From NCBI GenBank assembly GCA_946998225.1, contig CAMPYH010000002.1:121598-185597 (forward strand): a stretch of 64,000 bases of DNA, written 5' to 3'. The position numbers and the translations under genes are program-made. Position 1 is the first letter of the stretch, and each line of letters begins with the position of its first letter. The stretch comes from an uncultured Clostridiaceae bacterium (GTDB lineage: Bacteria; Bacillota; Clostridia; TANB77; CAG-508). Below are positions 1 to 10,727 of this stretch, in pieces. Under the pieces are notes generated by a model. The model saw nothing but the letters and a program-made list of their open reading frames with translations, had not been told where the DNA came from and searched no databases.

Positions 1-171
1 GTTTATTGTATTTACTTTTAGTACTTTTACATTAAATAATTCTTCAACAGCTTTAGCTATTTCAACTTTATTAGCTTTTTTGTCTACTTTAAATGTATAT
101 TTTCCTAAATTAATATCTTCACTTGATTTTTCTGTAACAACAGGTGCTTTAATAATTTCTTGTGCTTTCAT
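1..171 (-). CDS. rplW: 50S ribosomal protein L23, N-terminal 57 codons (gene runs off the window start)
   Basis: Manual minus-strand translation from ATG at 171-169 gives [57 protein letters not shown]. The ATG overlaps the rplD stop (TAATG). The position follows the canonical S10-L3-L4-L23 order. Confidence 0.85.
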   Translation of the reverse strand, partial: MKAQEIIKAPVVTEKSSEDINLGKYTFKVDKKANKVEIAKAVEELFNVKVLKVNTIN

Positions 172-794
172 TATGCAAACACCTCCTCTAATTTTTTAAC
201 TGTATCTACAGTCATTACTATTTTCTTGTTATTTAATAGTTCATATGCATTAACTTCATTTACATATTTTACTTCAGTTTTTGCTATATTTTTAGCTGAA
301 TTTAATATAATATCATTTGCTTCTGGTAAAAGTACTAATACTTTATTTTCCCCTACAAGTGTATTTAAAGCTTCAGCTACTGGTTTTGTTTTTATTTCTT
401 TAAATGGAAGTTTATCTACTACCACTATAGAACCTTCTCTTAGTTTGAATCCTAAGATTTGTTTCATTGCTTCTCTTTTTTCTTTTTTATTAGTATTTTT
501 TCTATATGATCTTGGCTTTGGAGCAAATGTTATTCCTCCTCCAACCCATATTGGTGATCTAGATGAACCATGTCTTGCTCTACCTGTACCTTTTTGTCTC
601 CATGGTTTTTTACCACCACCTCTTACTTCTGATCTAGTTTTTGCACTTTGGTTTCCTTGTCTTTGGTTTGAAAGATAAGCCACTATAACTCTGTGAACTA
701 AATCATTGTTGAAATCATTAGAAAAAATGTTTTCATTAATATCTATTGTACTTACTTTTTTACCTTTAATATCTAGTACATCAATGCTAGCCAT
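171..794 (-). CDS. rplD: 50S ribosomal protein L4
   Basis: 207 aa with the [23 protein letters not shown] motif. It lies between L3 and L23. Confidence 0.95.
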   Translation of the reverse strand: MASIDVLDIKGKKVSTIDINENIFSNDFNNDLVHRVIVAYLSNQRQGNQSAKTRSEVRGGGKKPWRQKGTGRARHGSSRSPIWVGGGITFAPKPRSYRKNTNKKEKREAMKQILGFKLREGSIVVVDKLPFKEIKTKPVAEALNTLVGENKVLVLLPEANDIILNSAKNIAKTEVKYVNEVNAYELLNNKKIVMTVDTVKKLEEVFA

Positions 795-841
795 TTTTTC
801 CTCCTTATGGTCTATTAATTTGTTTGTTAATTTTCTATTTT

Positions 842-1462
842 TTATTTACATTTAATTTCAAGTATTGTTCCTTTAGGACCTGGTACGCTACCTTTAATAA
901 GTAAAACGTTTTTATCTAGATCTGCTTTAACAACTTCTAAATTTTCCATTGTAGTAATTACATTACCCATTTGTCCTGGAAGTTTTCTACCTTTTATAAC
1001 TCTACTTGGTGTTGCTGATGCTCCAAGAGAACCTGGTCTTCTGTGGAATTTTGAACCGTGGCTCATTCTTCCTCTTTGGAATCCGTGTCTTTTAATTGCA
1101 CCTTGGAATCCTTTACCTTTTGTTCTACCTTTAACATCTACTTTGTCTCCTGCTTCAAAAACGCTTACATTTATTTCGTCTCCTACATTTAGTTCACTTG
1201 CATTTTCCAGTTTGAACTCTCTTAAATATTTAGTAGGTTCTACTTTAGCTTTTTCAAAGTGTCCTTTTTTAGCTTTTGTTAAGTGTTTGTCTTTTATCTC
1301 TCCATAACCTAATTGAACAGATGTATATCCATCAACTTCATCATTTTTAATTTGTACAACAATATTTGGTGATGCTTCAATTACTGTTACAGGAATGATA
1401 TTTCCTTTTTCATCGAAAACTTGTGTCATTCCAAGTTTCTTTCCTATTAAACCTTTCTTCAT
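842..1462 (-). CDS. rplC: 50S ribosomal protein L3
   Basis: 206 aa starting MKKGLIGKKLGMTQVF, with the FQRGRMSHGSKFHRRPGS region. AGGAGG-type RBS upstream. Confidence 0.95.
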   Translation of the reverse strand: MKKGLIGKKLGMTQVFDEKGNIIPVTVIEASPNIVVQIKNDEVDGYTSVQLGYGEIKDKHLTKAKKGHFEKAKVEPTKYLREFKLENASELNVGDEINVSVFEAGDKVDVKGRTKGKGFQGAIKRHGFQRGRMSHGSKFHRRPGSLGASATPSRVIKGRKLPGQMGNVITTMENLEVVKADLDKNVLLIKGSVPGPKGTILEIKCK

Positions 1463-1502
1463 TTTTTCCTCCTTAAATATTGGCTTTTAATAAAAGCATT
1501 GT

Positions 1503-1811
1503 TTAAAGTTTAATTTCAATCTCAACACCAGCTGGTAACTCTAACTTTTGTAGTAAACCAATTGTATTTTGTGTTGGATCTAAGATATCTATAACTCTTT
1601 TATGTGTTCTAATTTCGAATTGTTCTCTTGAATCTTTATGTTTGTGTGGAGAACGAATTACAGTTATGATCTCTTTTTTTGTTGGAACAGGAATTGGTCC
1701 TGAAACCTTTGCACCAGTTCTATTAGCTGTTTCTACTATTTTTTCAGCAGATTGATCTAATGTTACATGGTCATAAGATTTAAGTTTAATTCTTATTCTG
1801 TCTTTTTTCAT
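1503..1811 (-). CDS. rpsJ: 30S ribosomal protein S10
   Basis: 102 aa with [10 protein letters not shown]...[37 protein letters not shown]. Confidence 0.95.
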   Translation of the reverse strand: MKKDRIRIKLKSYDHVTLDQSAEKIVETANRTGAKVSGPIPVPTKKEIITVIRSPHKHKDSREQFEIRTHKRVIDILDPTQNTIGLLQKLELPAGVEIEIKL

Positions 1812-2004
1812 TGTTTCCTCCTTATTTTGCCTAGCAAATAAGTTTAACCGTCTCGGGTGTTTATATCTTTAAGCAAAAAATATTCAAGCTAAATACGCTT
1901 GAATGACAGTTTTAAAAAACTTATCGCCCTGGTCGTTGCCAAGACTTCTCCACCAGAGTTCCCTATGTCTAAGCATAGCCACATCTAGCTTCATCGCATT
2001 AGCT
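1812..2004 (-). promoter_or_regulatory. Roughly 190-nt structured 5' leader of the S10 operon
   Basis: This stretch is locally GC-enriched in a very AT-rich genome. Minus-strand helices include CUCUGGU/ACCAGGG (1927-1933 with 1952-1958), CUAUG/CAUAG, and a long-range AUAAGUUU/AAACUUAU pairing that encloses a terminator hairpin. Confidence 0.5.
1875..1904 (-). terminator. Intrinsic terminator or attenuator inside the S10 leader
   Basis: Minus strand reads AUUCAAGC-GUAUUUA-GCUUGAAU followed by AUUUUUUGC. It lies about 65 nt upstream of the rpsJ start codon. Confidence 0.5.
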
Positions 2005-2010
2005 TTTACT

Positions 2011-2039
2011 AGTATACAATAGTGATAAATTCCTGTCAA
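2011..2039 (-). promoter_or_regulatory. Sigma-A type promoter of the S10 operon
   Basis: Minus strand has TTGACA (2039-2034), an exact 17-nt spacer, then TATACT (2016-2011). Confidence 0.7.
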
Positions 2040-2059
2040 GTAAATTAAGCTAAGTTTTT

Positions 2060-3571
2060 TTAATTAGATACTTTAACTAGTATTTTCCCATTTTTGTATT
2101 TAATTGAATCTTTTTTAGGATATACGCTCATTGTTTTAACATACTCAAGTTCTTCTTTACTTAATTCATTTAATCCATTTAAGCTTACATGCATATTATA
2201 TGCCATTGCACCTCTTATAAACCATTCATATGTTGTTTGATATGTTACAGAAAGTTTTCCATATTGTTCTTCATTAGATAGTAATGCTCCATTTAAGAAA
2301 TATACTTGTGTCTTTCCTTTTTCATATCCATCTACTTGTTCAATTCTTGTAATTATTCTATTAAATAGATTTGTTGTCTTTCTAAATTCTAGTTCTTTAT
2401 TATAATACATTTGATTTGCATAAACTATATTATTAAATATTACTATAAAAGACAATATTAAAAGAAATGTTTTAAATGTATTAGATATCTTTGTTTCATC
2501 TTTTTTAACTTCTTTAAAATACATATCCATTAATAATATATACAGTACATATACAAGCATTAAAGCATATAACATAAGCAGGTGTGCCATACCACTAGAT
2601 AAAAAGCAAGATAAATTTAATCCGAGTGGCAAAAGAGCTATAACTAATATTAATGTTAGTATAGATTTAAAATTTAATTTTTTCTCTTTAATCAGCATTA
2701 TTCCAAAATATATTCCAGAAAATACTAATATTACATTTAAAACAATTGTAAGTACTCTATTAAAAGTATGTACCCTTAAATAAAATTCAAACATAGATAT
2801 ATATGTAATCTTTAATGCATGTAAAACTCTACTTATGCTATTTAATTCTTTTAAATTCCCTACACTATTATATCCATCAGACATCTCTATATTAAACAGC
2901 CTTACACTTACTTTTGTTCCAATAAAATACAGCATTAATCCCATAAGTATATAAAATACATATGTAAAGCCTCTTTTTAAAACTACATTTAATTCTTCTT
3001 TGTTTTTTAACAAATCCATAATTATATACATCATTAATATTCCAATACCAAATTGTATAAATGCTGGATATAATCCAAGAGATATAAAAAATGGTATTAC
3101 AGATAATGATTGTTTTAAAAAATTTCCTTTGTTTTTAATTAATATATATGCACCAAGTGTTGAAAAGAAAAGTGCTATCATATATATATCAAAATCATGT
3201 ATATATACTTCTATTGTTTTAATTACTACTCTATTTACACATAGTATTCCTACTATTAATATTTTTTGCCAATTCTCTTTAATATCAAATATCTTAAATA
3301 CCAAGTATGCAGTAAATGCTATAAATGCTATGCCAATAAAACCTACAAGCCATGGTACATAGTAATTACCTCTAAATTTAAATATAAACCAATGTAACAA
3401 TCTTCCAATTCCCATTTGGAATTTAACATCATTCTGAAACATAATTAAAGAGTCATGACTAAATATTATATTAAAAAAAGCATATGCATGCGCTAGTAGT
3501 CCTAATATAAAAGACGCTATTAATGCAAAATGCAAATCTTTATCTTTTGCTATATGTTTAATCTTTTCCAT
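2060..3571 (-). CDS. Polytopic membrane protein, tentatively GtrII-like glucosyltransferase family
   Basis: 503 aa with about 10 or more TM segments followed by a soluble C-terminal domain. The N-terminal region resembles GtrII-type proteins from memory only. Confidence 0.4.
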   Translation of the reverse strand: MEKIKHIAKDKDLHFALIASFILGLLAHAYAFFNIIFSHDSLIMFQNDVKFQMGIGRLLHWFIFKFRGNYYVPWLVGFIGIAFIAFTAYLVFKIFDIKENWQKILIVGILCVNRVVIKTIEVYIHDFDIYMIALFFSTLGAYILIKNKGNFLKQSLSVIPFFISLGLYPAFIQFGIGILMMYIIMDLLKNKEELNVVLKRGFTYVFYILMGLMLYFIGTKVSVRLFNIEMSDGYNSVGNLKELNSISRVLHALKITYISMFEFYLRVHTFNRVLTIVLNVILVFSGIYFGIMLIKEKKLNFKSILTLILVIALLPLGLNLSCFLSSGMAHLLMLYALMLVYVLYILLMDMYFKEVKKDETKISNTFKTFLLILSFIVIFNNIVYANQMYYNKELEFRKTTNLFNRIITRIEQVDGYEKGKTQVYFLNGALLSNEEQYGKLSVTYQTTYEWFIRGAMAYNMHVSLNGLNELSKEELEYVKTMSVYPKKDSIKYKNGKILVKVSN

Positions 3572-3637
3572 TTATATTCCTTTAAATTATTATATCCATA
3601 GTATATATGATATATATTAAGCTTACAAATATTTGCT

Positions 3638-4429
3638 TTATACTTTCTTATTTAAATCTTTTTTTCTTTGTTTCCAATCAGGCATATATTCTGTCATCAT
3701 ATTTTTAAACTCTTTTCCATGATTTGGATAAAAAAGATGACAAAGCTCATGAAGTACGACATATTCTATTTCTTTTATATTTTTATATACTAAATTAAAA
3801 TTTAAATTAATATATCCTTTTTTAGTATTACAGCTACCCCAGTTACCCTTACCGCTTGTTATTTTTAAACTCTCAGATCTTATATTTAATATTATCTCCC
3901 ACTTTTTTATAAGCTTTAAACCAATATCTCGTATAATCTCCTTAAATACATTTCTAATATATTCTTTTTTATCATTTACAGCTTCAGAATTTAAATATAT
4001 TGTTCTATCATCTTCTATTATAAAAATATATTTAAACATATTTTTATCTATATTTTTTTGTAAATTACTATTTACTACACTATCTTTGTATTTCTCTTTA
4101 TATGCATTAAAACCTTTTCTATCTAAGTATACAAGATTATATATATTTCCTAATACTAAAATCTTTTCATCATCTTCACCTTTTATATTCTCTACATTAT
4201 ATATTTCTTTTTGATCTTTTGTCTTTTCAATGCTTTTTAATATCCAAGTATATTTTTCATCAATAAATCTTTTAGCATCATTAATTGCTTTTTTAATATT
4301 TCTAGACTTACTTTCTGGTATGTAAAAAAACACATCACCATTTAAAACTTTAATGCTGTATCTTTTAACTTTTTTGATGCAAAACATTATATCTATATTT
4401 CTATAATTTATATTAAATTCCTTACTCAT
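3638..4429 (-). CDS. YgjP-like (DUF45) HExxH metal-dependent hydrolase
   Basis: C-terminal VVLHELCHLFYPNHGKEFKNMM motif. I moved the start to M39 (ATG 4429-4427), because the track start at 4543 lies inside the clpX terminator hairpin. Confidence 0.65.
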   Translation of the reverse strand: MSKEFNINYRNIDIMFCIKKVKRYSIKVLNGDVFFYIPESKSRNIKKAINDAKRFIDEKYTWILKSIEKTKDQKEIYNVENIKGEDDEKILVLGNIYNLVYLDRKGFNAYKEKYKDSVVNSNLQKNIDKNMFKYIFIIEDDRTIYLNSEAVNDKKEYIRNVFKEIIRDIGLKLIKKWEIILNIRSESLKITSGKGNWGSCNTKKGYINLNFNLVYKNIKEIEYVVLHELCHLFYPNHGKEFKNMMTEYMPDWKQRKKDLNKKV

Positions 4430-4532
4430 AATTTTCTTGCTTACTTTACTTTTTATTTTCCTTTTAATCTCTATTTTGTTTTTTCTTATTATATAGATTA
4501 TTCTATACATTATTCTATAATATATATAAGAA

Positions 4533-4560
4533 AAAATCACCAAATAATTTTGGTGATTTT
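4533..4560 (-). terminator. Intrinsic terminator after clpX
   Basis: 12-bp stem AAAATCACCAAA / TTTGGTGATTTT with loop TAAT and a T-run on the minus strand. Confidence 0.75.
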
Positions 4561-4618
4561 ATCCTTATCTATTCCATATATTATTTATTTTGTTTTATAT
4601 TATATAATATATTTTATT

Positions 4619-5947
4619 CTAAACCTTTTTATATTCCTTTTCTTCATCGTCTTTTAGATTTATATCTTCTTTATTATTTCTTTTTTTCTTTGTAATTATA
4701 TCTTCAGTTATTATTGGTTTAGATTTATTTAAAACTACATCTTTTGTAATAATACATTTTGTGATGTTTTCATTTGAAGGTATATTAAACATTATATCAT
4801 TCATGATTTCTTCTAGTATTGATCTTAGTCCTCTTGCACCTGTTTTTCTTATTATAGCTTTTTGTGCTATAGCATTAAGTGCTTCATCTTCAAATTCTAG
4901 TTTTACTTTATCTAATTCGAACAATCTTTGAAATTGTTTTATAACTGAGTTTTTAGGTTCAACTAAAATTCTCTTTAAATCTTCATCTCTTAAATCTTCT
5001 AAAGATGTAATAATTGGAAGTCTTCCAATAAATTCTGGGATCAATCCAAATTTTACTAAATCTCCTGGTTCTATTTCTTTTAATATATCTGCATTTTCTA
5101 ATTCTTTTTTAGATTTTACTTCTGCTCCGAAACCTATAGATTTATTTGAAGTTCTTTGATGAATTATTTCACCTAAGCCCTCAAATGCACCACCACATAT
5201 GAATAATATATTTGATGTATCGATATATACAAGTTCTTGTGAAGGATGTTTTCTTCCTCCTTGTGGTGGAACTCCTGCTGTTGTTCCTTCGATTATTTTA
5301 AGAAGTGCTTGTTGTACACCTTCACCACTTACGTCTCTTGTAATTGATTGATGTTCAGATTTTCTAGCAATTTTATCTATCTCATCTACATATATTATAC
5401 CTTTTTCTGCTTTTTCTAGATCATAGTCTGATGCTTGAAGAAGTCTTACAAGTATATTTTCAACATCATCTCCTACATATCCCGCTTCAGTAAGTGTAGT
5501 TGCATCTGCTATTGCAAAAGGTACATTTAGTATCTTTGCAAGAGTTTGTGCAAGAAGTGTCTTGCCAGAACCAGTAGGTCCTAATAATAGTACATTAGAT
5601 TTTTGTATTTCTACTCCTAAATCATCTTTACCACTTAAAACTCTTTTATAATGGTTATATACTGCTACAGCTAAAGTCTTTTTTGCATTTTCTTGACCTA
5701 TTACATATTCATCTAGTTTTTCTTTTATTTCTTTTGGTTTTAAAACATTTATTTCTTTGTTTTCAGTCTTTTTTGCATTATCTTTTAATGGACTTTCTGC
5801 TGTTACATCTAACATATCCATACATATTTGAATACATTCATCACAAATATATGAGCCATCAAGACCCTCTATTAATTTATCTGCTACATTTGCTGGTTTT
5901 CCGCAAAATGAACAACGTGGTATTTCTGTATCTTTACTCATGTGCAT
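4619..5947 (-). CDS. clpX: ATP-dependent Clp protease ATP-binding subunit ClpX
   Basis: N-terminal zinc ribbon CSFCGK...CDEC, Walker A GPTGSGKT, and the IGFG loop. It sits downstream of clpP. The true start may be the second ATG (M3). Confidence 0.95.
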   Translation of the reverse strand: MHMSKDTEIPRCSFCGKPANVADKLIEGLDGSYICDECIQICMDMLDVTAESPLKDNAKKTENKEINVLKPKEIKEKLDEYVIGQENAKKTLAVAVYNHYKRVLSGKDDLGVEIQKSNVLLLGPTGSGKTLLAQTLAKILNVPFAIADATTLTEAGYVGDDVENILVRLLQASDYDLEKAEKGIIYVDEIDKIARKSEHQSITRDVSGEGVQQALLKIIEGTTAGVPPQGGRKHPSQELVYIDTSNILFICGGAFEGLGEIIHQRTSNKSIGFGAEVKSKKELENADILKEIEPGDLVKFGLIPEFIGRLPIITSLEDLRDEDLKRILVEPKNSVIKQFQRLFELDKVKLEFEDEALNAIAQKAIIRKTGARGLRSILEEIMNDIMFNIPSNENITKCIITKDVVLNKSKPIITEDIITKKKRNNKEDINLKDDEEKEYKKV

Positions 5948-5975
5948 TTTCCCTTTTCTCTTATTCTTATTTTAT

Positions 5976-6620
5976 TTATTTTTTATTTTTAGTATCTTTT
6001 CTAGTTGTAAATATTTCATCTATTAATCCATATTTTAAAGCTTCTTCTGCTGTAAGATAGTTATCTCTATCTGTATCTTTCTTTATTTCTTCTAAGCTTT
6101 TTCCTGTTGCATCTGATAAAATTTTATTTAATCTTTCTCTTAAAAATAGTATATGGTTTGAGTGTATCTCAATCTCTGTTGCTTGTCCTGAAAGTCCTCC
6201 ACCTGCTATAAGTGGTTGATGTATCATAACTTCTGAATTAGGCATAGCATATCTTTTACCTTTTGTTCCGCATGCAAGAAGTACTGCTCCCATTGATGCT
6301 GCCATTCCTACACATATTGTAACAACTGGACATTTAATATAGTTCATTGTATCAACTATTGCAAGTCCATCTGATATTGATCCACCAGGACTATTTATAT
6401 ATAAATATATTTCTTTATCTGGATCTTCTGATTCCAAAAATAGTAATTGTGCTATAACTATACTTGCTGTATTGTGATCTACTTGATCAGATAAGAATAT
6501 TATTCTATCTTTTAATAATCTAGAATATATATCATATGATCTTTCTCCCCTTGGTGTTGCTTCAATAACATATGGTACTAATGCATCTACCATATCATGA
6601 TCTTTAAAATTACTTATCAT
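5976..6620 (-). CDS. clpP: ATP-dependent Clp protease proteolytic subunit ClpP
   Basis: [20 protein letters not shown] (catalytic Ser) and MIHQP motifs. Confidence 0.95.
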   Translation of the reverse strand: MISNFKDHDMVDALVPYVIEATPRGERSYDIYSRLLKDRIIFLSDQVDHNTASIVIAQLLFLESEDPDKEIYLYINSPGGSISDGLAIVDTMNYIKCPVVTICVGMAASMGAVLLACGTKGKRYAMPNSEVMIHQPLIAGGGLSGQATEIEIHSNHILFLRERLNKILSDATGKSLEEIKKDTDRDNYLTAEEALKYGLIDEIFTTRKDTKNKK

Positions 6621-6639
6621 CTGTTCTCCTTTATTATTC

Positions 6640-7986
6640 TTATTTAACTTTTACTTGTTTTACTAATGTATCAATAGCTTTTTTAATTTGTCCCGCTTTT
6701 TCCATATTTTCTTTTAGTTCTTTGTATTCTTTTCCTTTTATTTCTTTTTCAGTTACATTAGTTCCATACATTTTATTGTATTCATCTAAAGATTCTAGCA
6801 TCTCTTTTTCATCACATTTAATATCTTCCATTTTTATAATTGATTCAAGTACTATTTGTGTTTGAACTTCTTTTTTAATGTTTTCTTCAGATTCTTTTAA
6901 AACTTGTTTTAAATCTTCTGGAGACATTAATTGTGCTAAATCAAATCCTTGCATTTTATATTGTTCATTTGTTCTATCGAAATCAGATTTTGCTCTAAAT
7001 TCTACATATTTTTCTGAAACATTAATATTGTTTTCTTTTGCTAAAAATTCAACTGCTTTTTGAAGCATTATATTCTTTTTATTTTCTTCATTATGTTCAT
7101 TTAAATGTTCTTCTACATGTTTTTTGTATTCTTTTAAATTATCATAACCTAAATCTTTTGCAAACTCATCATCAAGTTCTGGTTTTTTAGTAATATATAT
7201 TTCAAATATTTCTACTTCGAATTTAGCCTTTTTACCTTGAAGACTCTTTTCAGCATATTCTTTTGGGAATGTAACTAAAACATCTTTTTTATCCCCCACT
7301 TTAAGACCAATTAATTGTTCTTCAAAATTATCTATAAATGAGTGTGATCCAATTACTAGATTAAATTTTTCGGCTGTTCCGCCTTCAAAATATTCATCTT
7401 CACCTTTATCATTTTTAATACTTCCTTTAAAAGATAAAACAACTTCATCTCCATCTTTAACTTTGTATTCTTTATCTTCAGAAAGTTCTTTACTTGAATT
7501 TTGTTCTAGATCTCTTTCAATTTGTTTTTTAGCTTCTTCTTTAACATCCATTAAATTATCTTTAATGTCTTTTTCTTTAACTTCAATTTTATCTAGTTTT
7601 TTAAGTTCTATAGTAGATGCAACTGCTACTTTAATTGTAACTTTAACATCTTTACCTTTTTCTAGATCTTTTTCGTCTATATCTACATTAATAATTCCAA
7701 GATTGTTTACATCTTTTTCTTTTTCTAATTTCTTTGTAATTTCTTCTGTACATTCTCCAAATGCTATAGCTTCAATTGCATCAGATAAAAATATATTTTC
7801 TCCATACATTTTTGTAACTATTTCATATGGTGCTTTACCTTTTCTAAATCCTGGTATATTAAAATAATTTTTGTTTTTCTTAAATTCATTTTTCATTTGT
7901 TCTTCTAGTTTCTCTCTTTTTACTACAAAAACAAATTCCATTTCTCCTTTGTCATGTCTATTATCTTTTAATTCTTTTATATCCAT
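6640..7986 (-). CDS. tig: Trigger factor
   Basis: 448 aa with the GFRKGKAP ribosome-binding signature. Fits tig-clpP-clpX synteny. Confidence 0.9.
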   Translation of the reverse strand: MDIKELKDNRHDKGEMEFVFVVKREKLEEQMKNEFKKNKNYFNIPGFRKGKAPYEIVTKMYGENIFLSDAIEAIAFGECTEEITKKLEKEKDVNNLGIINVDIDEKDLEKGKDVKVTIKVAVASTIELKKLDKIEVKEKDIKDNLMDVKEEAKKQIERDLEQNSSKELSEDKEYKVKDGDEVVLSFKGSIKNDKGEDEYFEGGTAEKFNLVIGSHSFIDNFEEQLIGLKVGDKKDVLVTFPKEYAEKSLQGKKAKFEVEIFEIYITKKPELDDEFAKDLGYDNLKEYKKHVEEHLNEHNEENKKNIMLQKAVEFLAKENNINVSEKYVEFRAKSDFDRTNEQYKMQGFDLAQLMSPEDLKQVLKESEENIKKEVQTQIVLESIIKMEDIKCDEKEMLESLDEYNKMYGTNVTEKEIKGKEYKELKENMEKAGQIKKAIDTLVKQVKVK

Positions 7987-8063
7987 TTTTTCTTCCTTTC
8001 AAAATCTTTTGCATATCTAGTATATATAATTTAAGCATAAAAAGCAAATGAAGTAGTCGACTG

Positions 8064-9296
8064 CTAATCTCCAAAACTAATGCCTATAGATTTGCCTGCT
8101 TCTATAAATATATTGTCTTTTGGAACAAACTTTGTACTACCATTATCCGCATTAGAAGTACTACCTATTTCAGTATTTTTACCCACAACTTCATCAAGTG
8201 TTGTATATCCAAATTTTCCATCAACATATGTTACCATAGTACCAAAATGTCCTTCCATTGCAAGCTTCATTGCATTACATCCATAAGCTGTTGCAAGAAG
8301 TCTATCTGAAAATACAGGCGCTCCACCTCTTTGAAGATAACCAAGTGTTGTTGATCTAGCAAGTATTCCTGTTAACTCTTCTAGTTCTTTTGCAACCTTT
8401 TGTCCAACACCGCCAAATACATTTGAATCAATTCCTTCTGGTACACCTTCTTTTTTTGTAACAACCGATGTTCCTTTTTTATCTACTGCACCTTCTGAAA
8501 CAATAACAAGTCCAAAGTTTTTTCCATCTTTCTTTTTCTCTAATATACATTTTGCAACTTTATTTATATCATAAGGTATCTCAGGTATAAGTATGGCATC
8601 TGCTGCTCCTGCAATTCCAGCATAAAGAGCAATCCATCCTGCATATCTTCCCATAACTTCAAGTACCATAATTCTATTATGTGATTTAGCTGTTGTCTCT
8701 AACCTGCCTAAAGCATCTGTTGCAATATTTACAGCTGAGTCAAATCCAAAAGTTTTATCTGTCATTAAAACATCATTATCTATTGTTTTTGGAACTCCAA
8801 TAAAGTTTGCTCCCAAAACATAAAAGTCTCTTGCAGATTTTAAGCTTCCATCACCACCTAATAAAAATACGCAATCAAAACCTGCTTCTTTTATTCTTTC
8901 TATACATTCTAAACTAATGTCTTTAAACTCTGTTTCACCTTCAGCTTTATATGAAAATGGATTAGCATTATTTGAAGTTCCAATGATTGTTCCACCTTCA
9001 TCAATTATTCCATATGTAATATCACTTGTGTCTAGTCTAATATATCTATCTTCAATTAAACCTTTAAATCCTTCTAGATATCCATAAACCTCAATACCGT
9101 TTTGTCTTCCCATTTTAACAATTGCTCTAATTACAGCATTAAGTCCAGGAGCATCTCCACCACTTGAAATTATAGCTACTTTTTTAAGATTAGCTTTATT
9201 TTCTTTACCATATTCACTAGAATTTTTGTCTAATAATTCTACTTTTCTTCCACTTTTATTTGTTAAATTCAATCTAATCACTCTTTTATCCTTCAT
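8064..9296 (-). CDS. pfkA: 6-phosphofructokinase (PfkA family, ATP-type GGDGS motif) with a roughly 40-aa N-terminal extension
   Basis: SSGGDAPGLNAVIR, LGGDGS, PKTIDNDV and MGRYAGWIAL motifs. Confidence 0.85.
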   Translation of the reverse strand: MKDKRVIRLNLTNKSGRKVELLDKNSSEYGKENKANLKKVAIISSGGDAPGLNAVIRAIVKMGRQNGIEVYGYLEGFKGLIEDRYIRLDTSDITYGIIDEGGTIIGTSNNANPFSYKAEGETEFKDISLECIERIKEAGFDCVFLLGGDGSLKSARDFYVLGANFIGVPKTIDNDVLMTDKTFGFDSAVNIATDALGRLETTAKSHNRIMVLEVMGRYAGWIALYAGIAGAADAILIPEIPYDINKVAKCILEKKKDGKNFGLVIVSEGAVDKKGTSVVTKKEGVPEGIDSNVFGGVGQKVAKELEELTGILARSTTLGYLQRGGAPVFSDRLLATAYGCNAMKLAMEGHFGTMVTYVDGKFGYTTLDEVVGKNTEIGSTSNADNGSTKFVPKDNIFIEAGKSIGISFGD

Positions 9297-9379
9297 AAAT
9301 TACCTTTTCTTTTGTACTTAAATTTAATTATCTATACATATTTTATATATAATTAAATAAAATATCTATTAAATTTATT

Positions 9380-10663
9380 TTAATATCCTGGTCTTCCTAA
9401 TAATTGAAATACATTTTTCTTATAAGCTTCCACTCCTGGTTGATTAAATGGATCAACATCTAATATCCTTGCTGAATACGCGCATGAAAGCATAAAGAAA
9501 TATATTAAATATCCTAAATTTTCTTCATCCAACTTTTCCATTTCAATTAATATATTTGGAACACCACCATCAACATGTGCTTTAATTGTTCCCATCATAG
9601 CTATTTTATTTATCTCAGCTATACTTTTTCCAGTTAAATAATTTAAATTATCTAAGTCTTCTTTATCCTCTAAAACTTTAATATTTCCAGTTTTATTAAA
9701 ATATATTATTGTTTCAAAAAGCATTTTTGGTCCATCTTGAATAAACTGACCTAATGAATGAAGATCCCTTGTAAATATTGTTGAGGTTGGATAAAGACCT
9801 TTTCCGTCTTTCCCTTCACTTTCTCCAAATAATTGTACAAACCAATTGTTTATTCCTTCACATCTAGGTTCGTAATTTACAATATTTTCTACAACATATT
9901 TCTTTTCAAAATATAATATATTTCTAAGTACAGCATATTTTATAGCTGGATTATTTAAAACATCTATATCATTAAAATCATTTTTGGCCTTTTTTGAACC
10001 ATTTATAAGTTTTTCTATATCTATTCCAGCACACGCTATTGGAAGAAGTCCTACAGGTGTTAAAACTGAATATCTTCCACCAATATTATCTGGTACTATA
10101 AATGTTTTTAAATTATTTGCATTTGCAAATTCTTTTAAAGCACCTTTTTCTTTATCTGTAGTTATATATATTCTATCTATATACTCCTCTTTATATTTTT
10201 TAATCATTTCATTTTTTAAAACTCTAAAAGCAAGAGCTGTTTCAAGTGTTGTTCCAGATTTAGATATAACATTTAATGAATAATCTTTATCTTTAATATA
10301 TTCTATAGTATCTTCTAAATCTCTTTCAGATATAGAATTGCCTAAAAATATAATTTCAAGTTTATCATCTCTTTTTTGAAGTGCATCTATTATAGCCTCT
10401 GCTCCAAGATATGATCCTCCTATTCCCGCAACAATTAAAACATCTGATTCTTGTCTTATCTTTTCTGAAGCAGATTTAATTTCATTAAGTTCTAATTCAG
10501 CATAATTATCTGGAAGATCCATCCATCCTACATAATTATTTTGACCTAGTGCTTCTTCTTTTTTCATTTTTTCAAATTCTAATTTAATTTCATTTACTCT
10601 ATCTTGATATTTTTTTATATTATCTTCTATATCTTCAAATCCATATAATTTTAAATTAAACAT
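9380..10663 (-). CDS. pgi: Glucose-6-phosphate isomerase
   Basis: 427 aa of the short Firmicute-type PGI, with GIGGSYLGA and GGRYSVLTPVGLLP motifs. Confidence 0.9.
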   Translation of the reverse strand: MFNLKLYGFEDIEDNIKKYQDRVNEIKLEFEKMKKEEALGQNNYVGWMDLPDNYAELELNEIKSASEKIRQESDVLIVAGIGGSYLGAEAIIDALQKRDDKLEIIFLGNSISERDLEDTIEYIKDKDYSLNVISKSGTTLETALAFRVLKNEMIKKYKEEYIDRIYITTDKEKGALKEFANANNLKTFIVPDNIGGRYSVLTPVGLLPIACAGIDIEKLINGSKKAKNDFNDIDVLNNPAIKYAVLRNILYFEKKYVVENIVNYEPRCEGINNWFVQLFGESEGKDGKGLYPTSTIFTRDLHSLGQFIQDGPKMLFETIIYFNKTGNIKVLEDKEDLDNLNYLTGKSIAEINKIAMMGTIKAHVDGGVPNILIEMEKLDEENLGYLIYFFMLSCAYSARILDVDPFNQPGVEAYKKNVFQLLGRPGY

Positions 10664-10693
10664 TCATCCTCCTATAAGTTTAAACTATAAATT

Positions 10694-10718
10694 AAAAGGC
10701 GCTAGAAGAGCGCCTTTT
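10694..10718 (-). terminator. GC-rich intrinsic terminator after ackA
   Basis: AAAAGGCGCT / AGCGCCTTTT stem with a 5-nt loop, flanked by A and T runs. Confidence 0.75.
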
Positions 10719-10727
10719 TAAGTTGTC

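Noticed and set aside
5941-5947. Alternative start for clpX (MHMSKD versus MSKD)
   Set aside because: Both ATGs are within reach of the AAGGGA SD, and I cannot discriminate between them from sequence. I kept the track coordinates.
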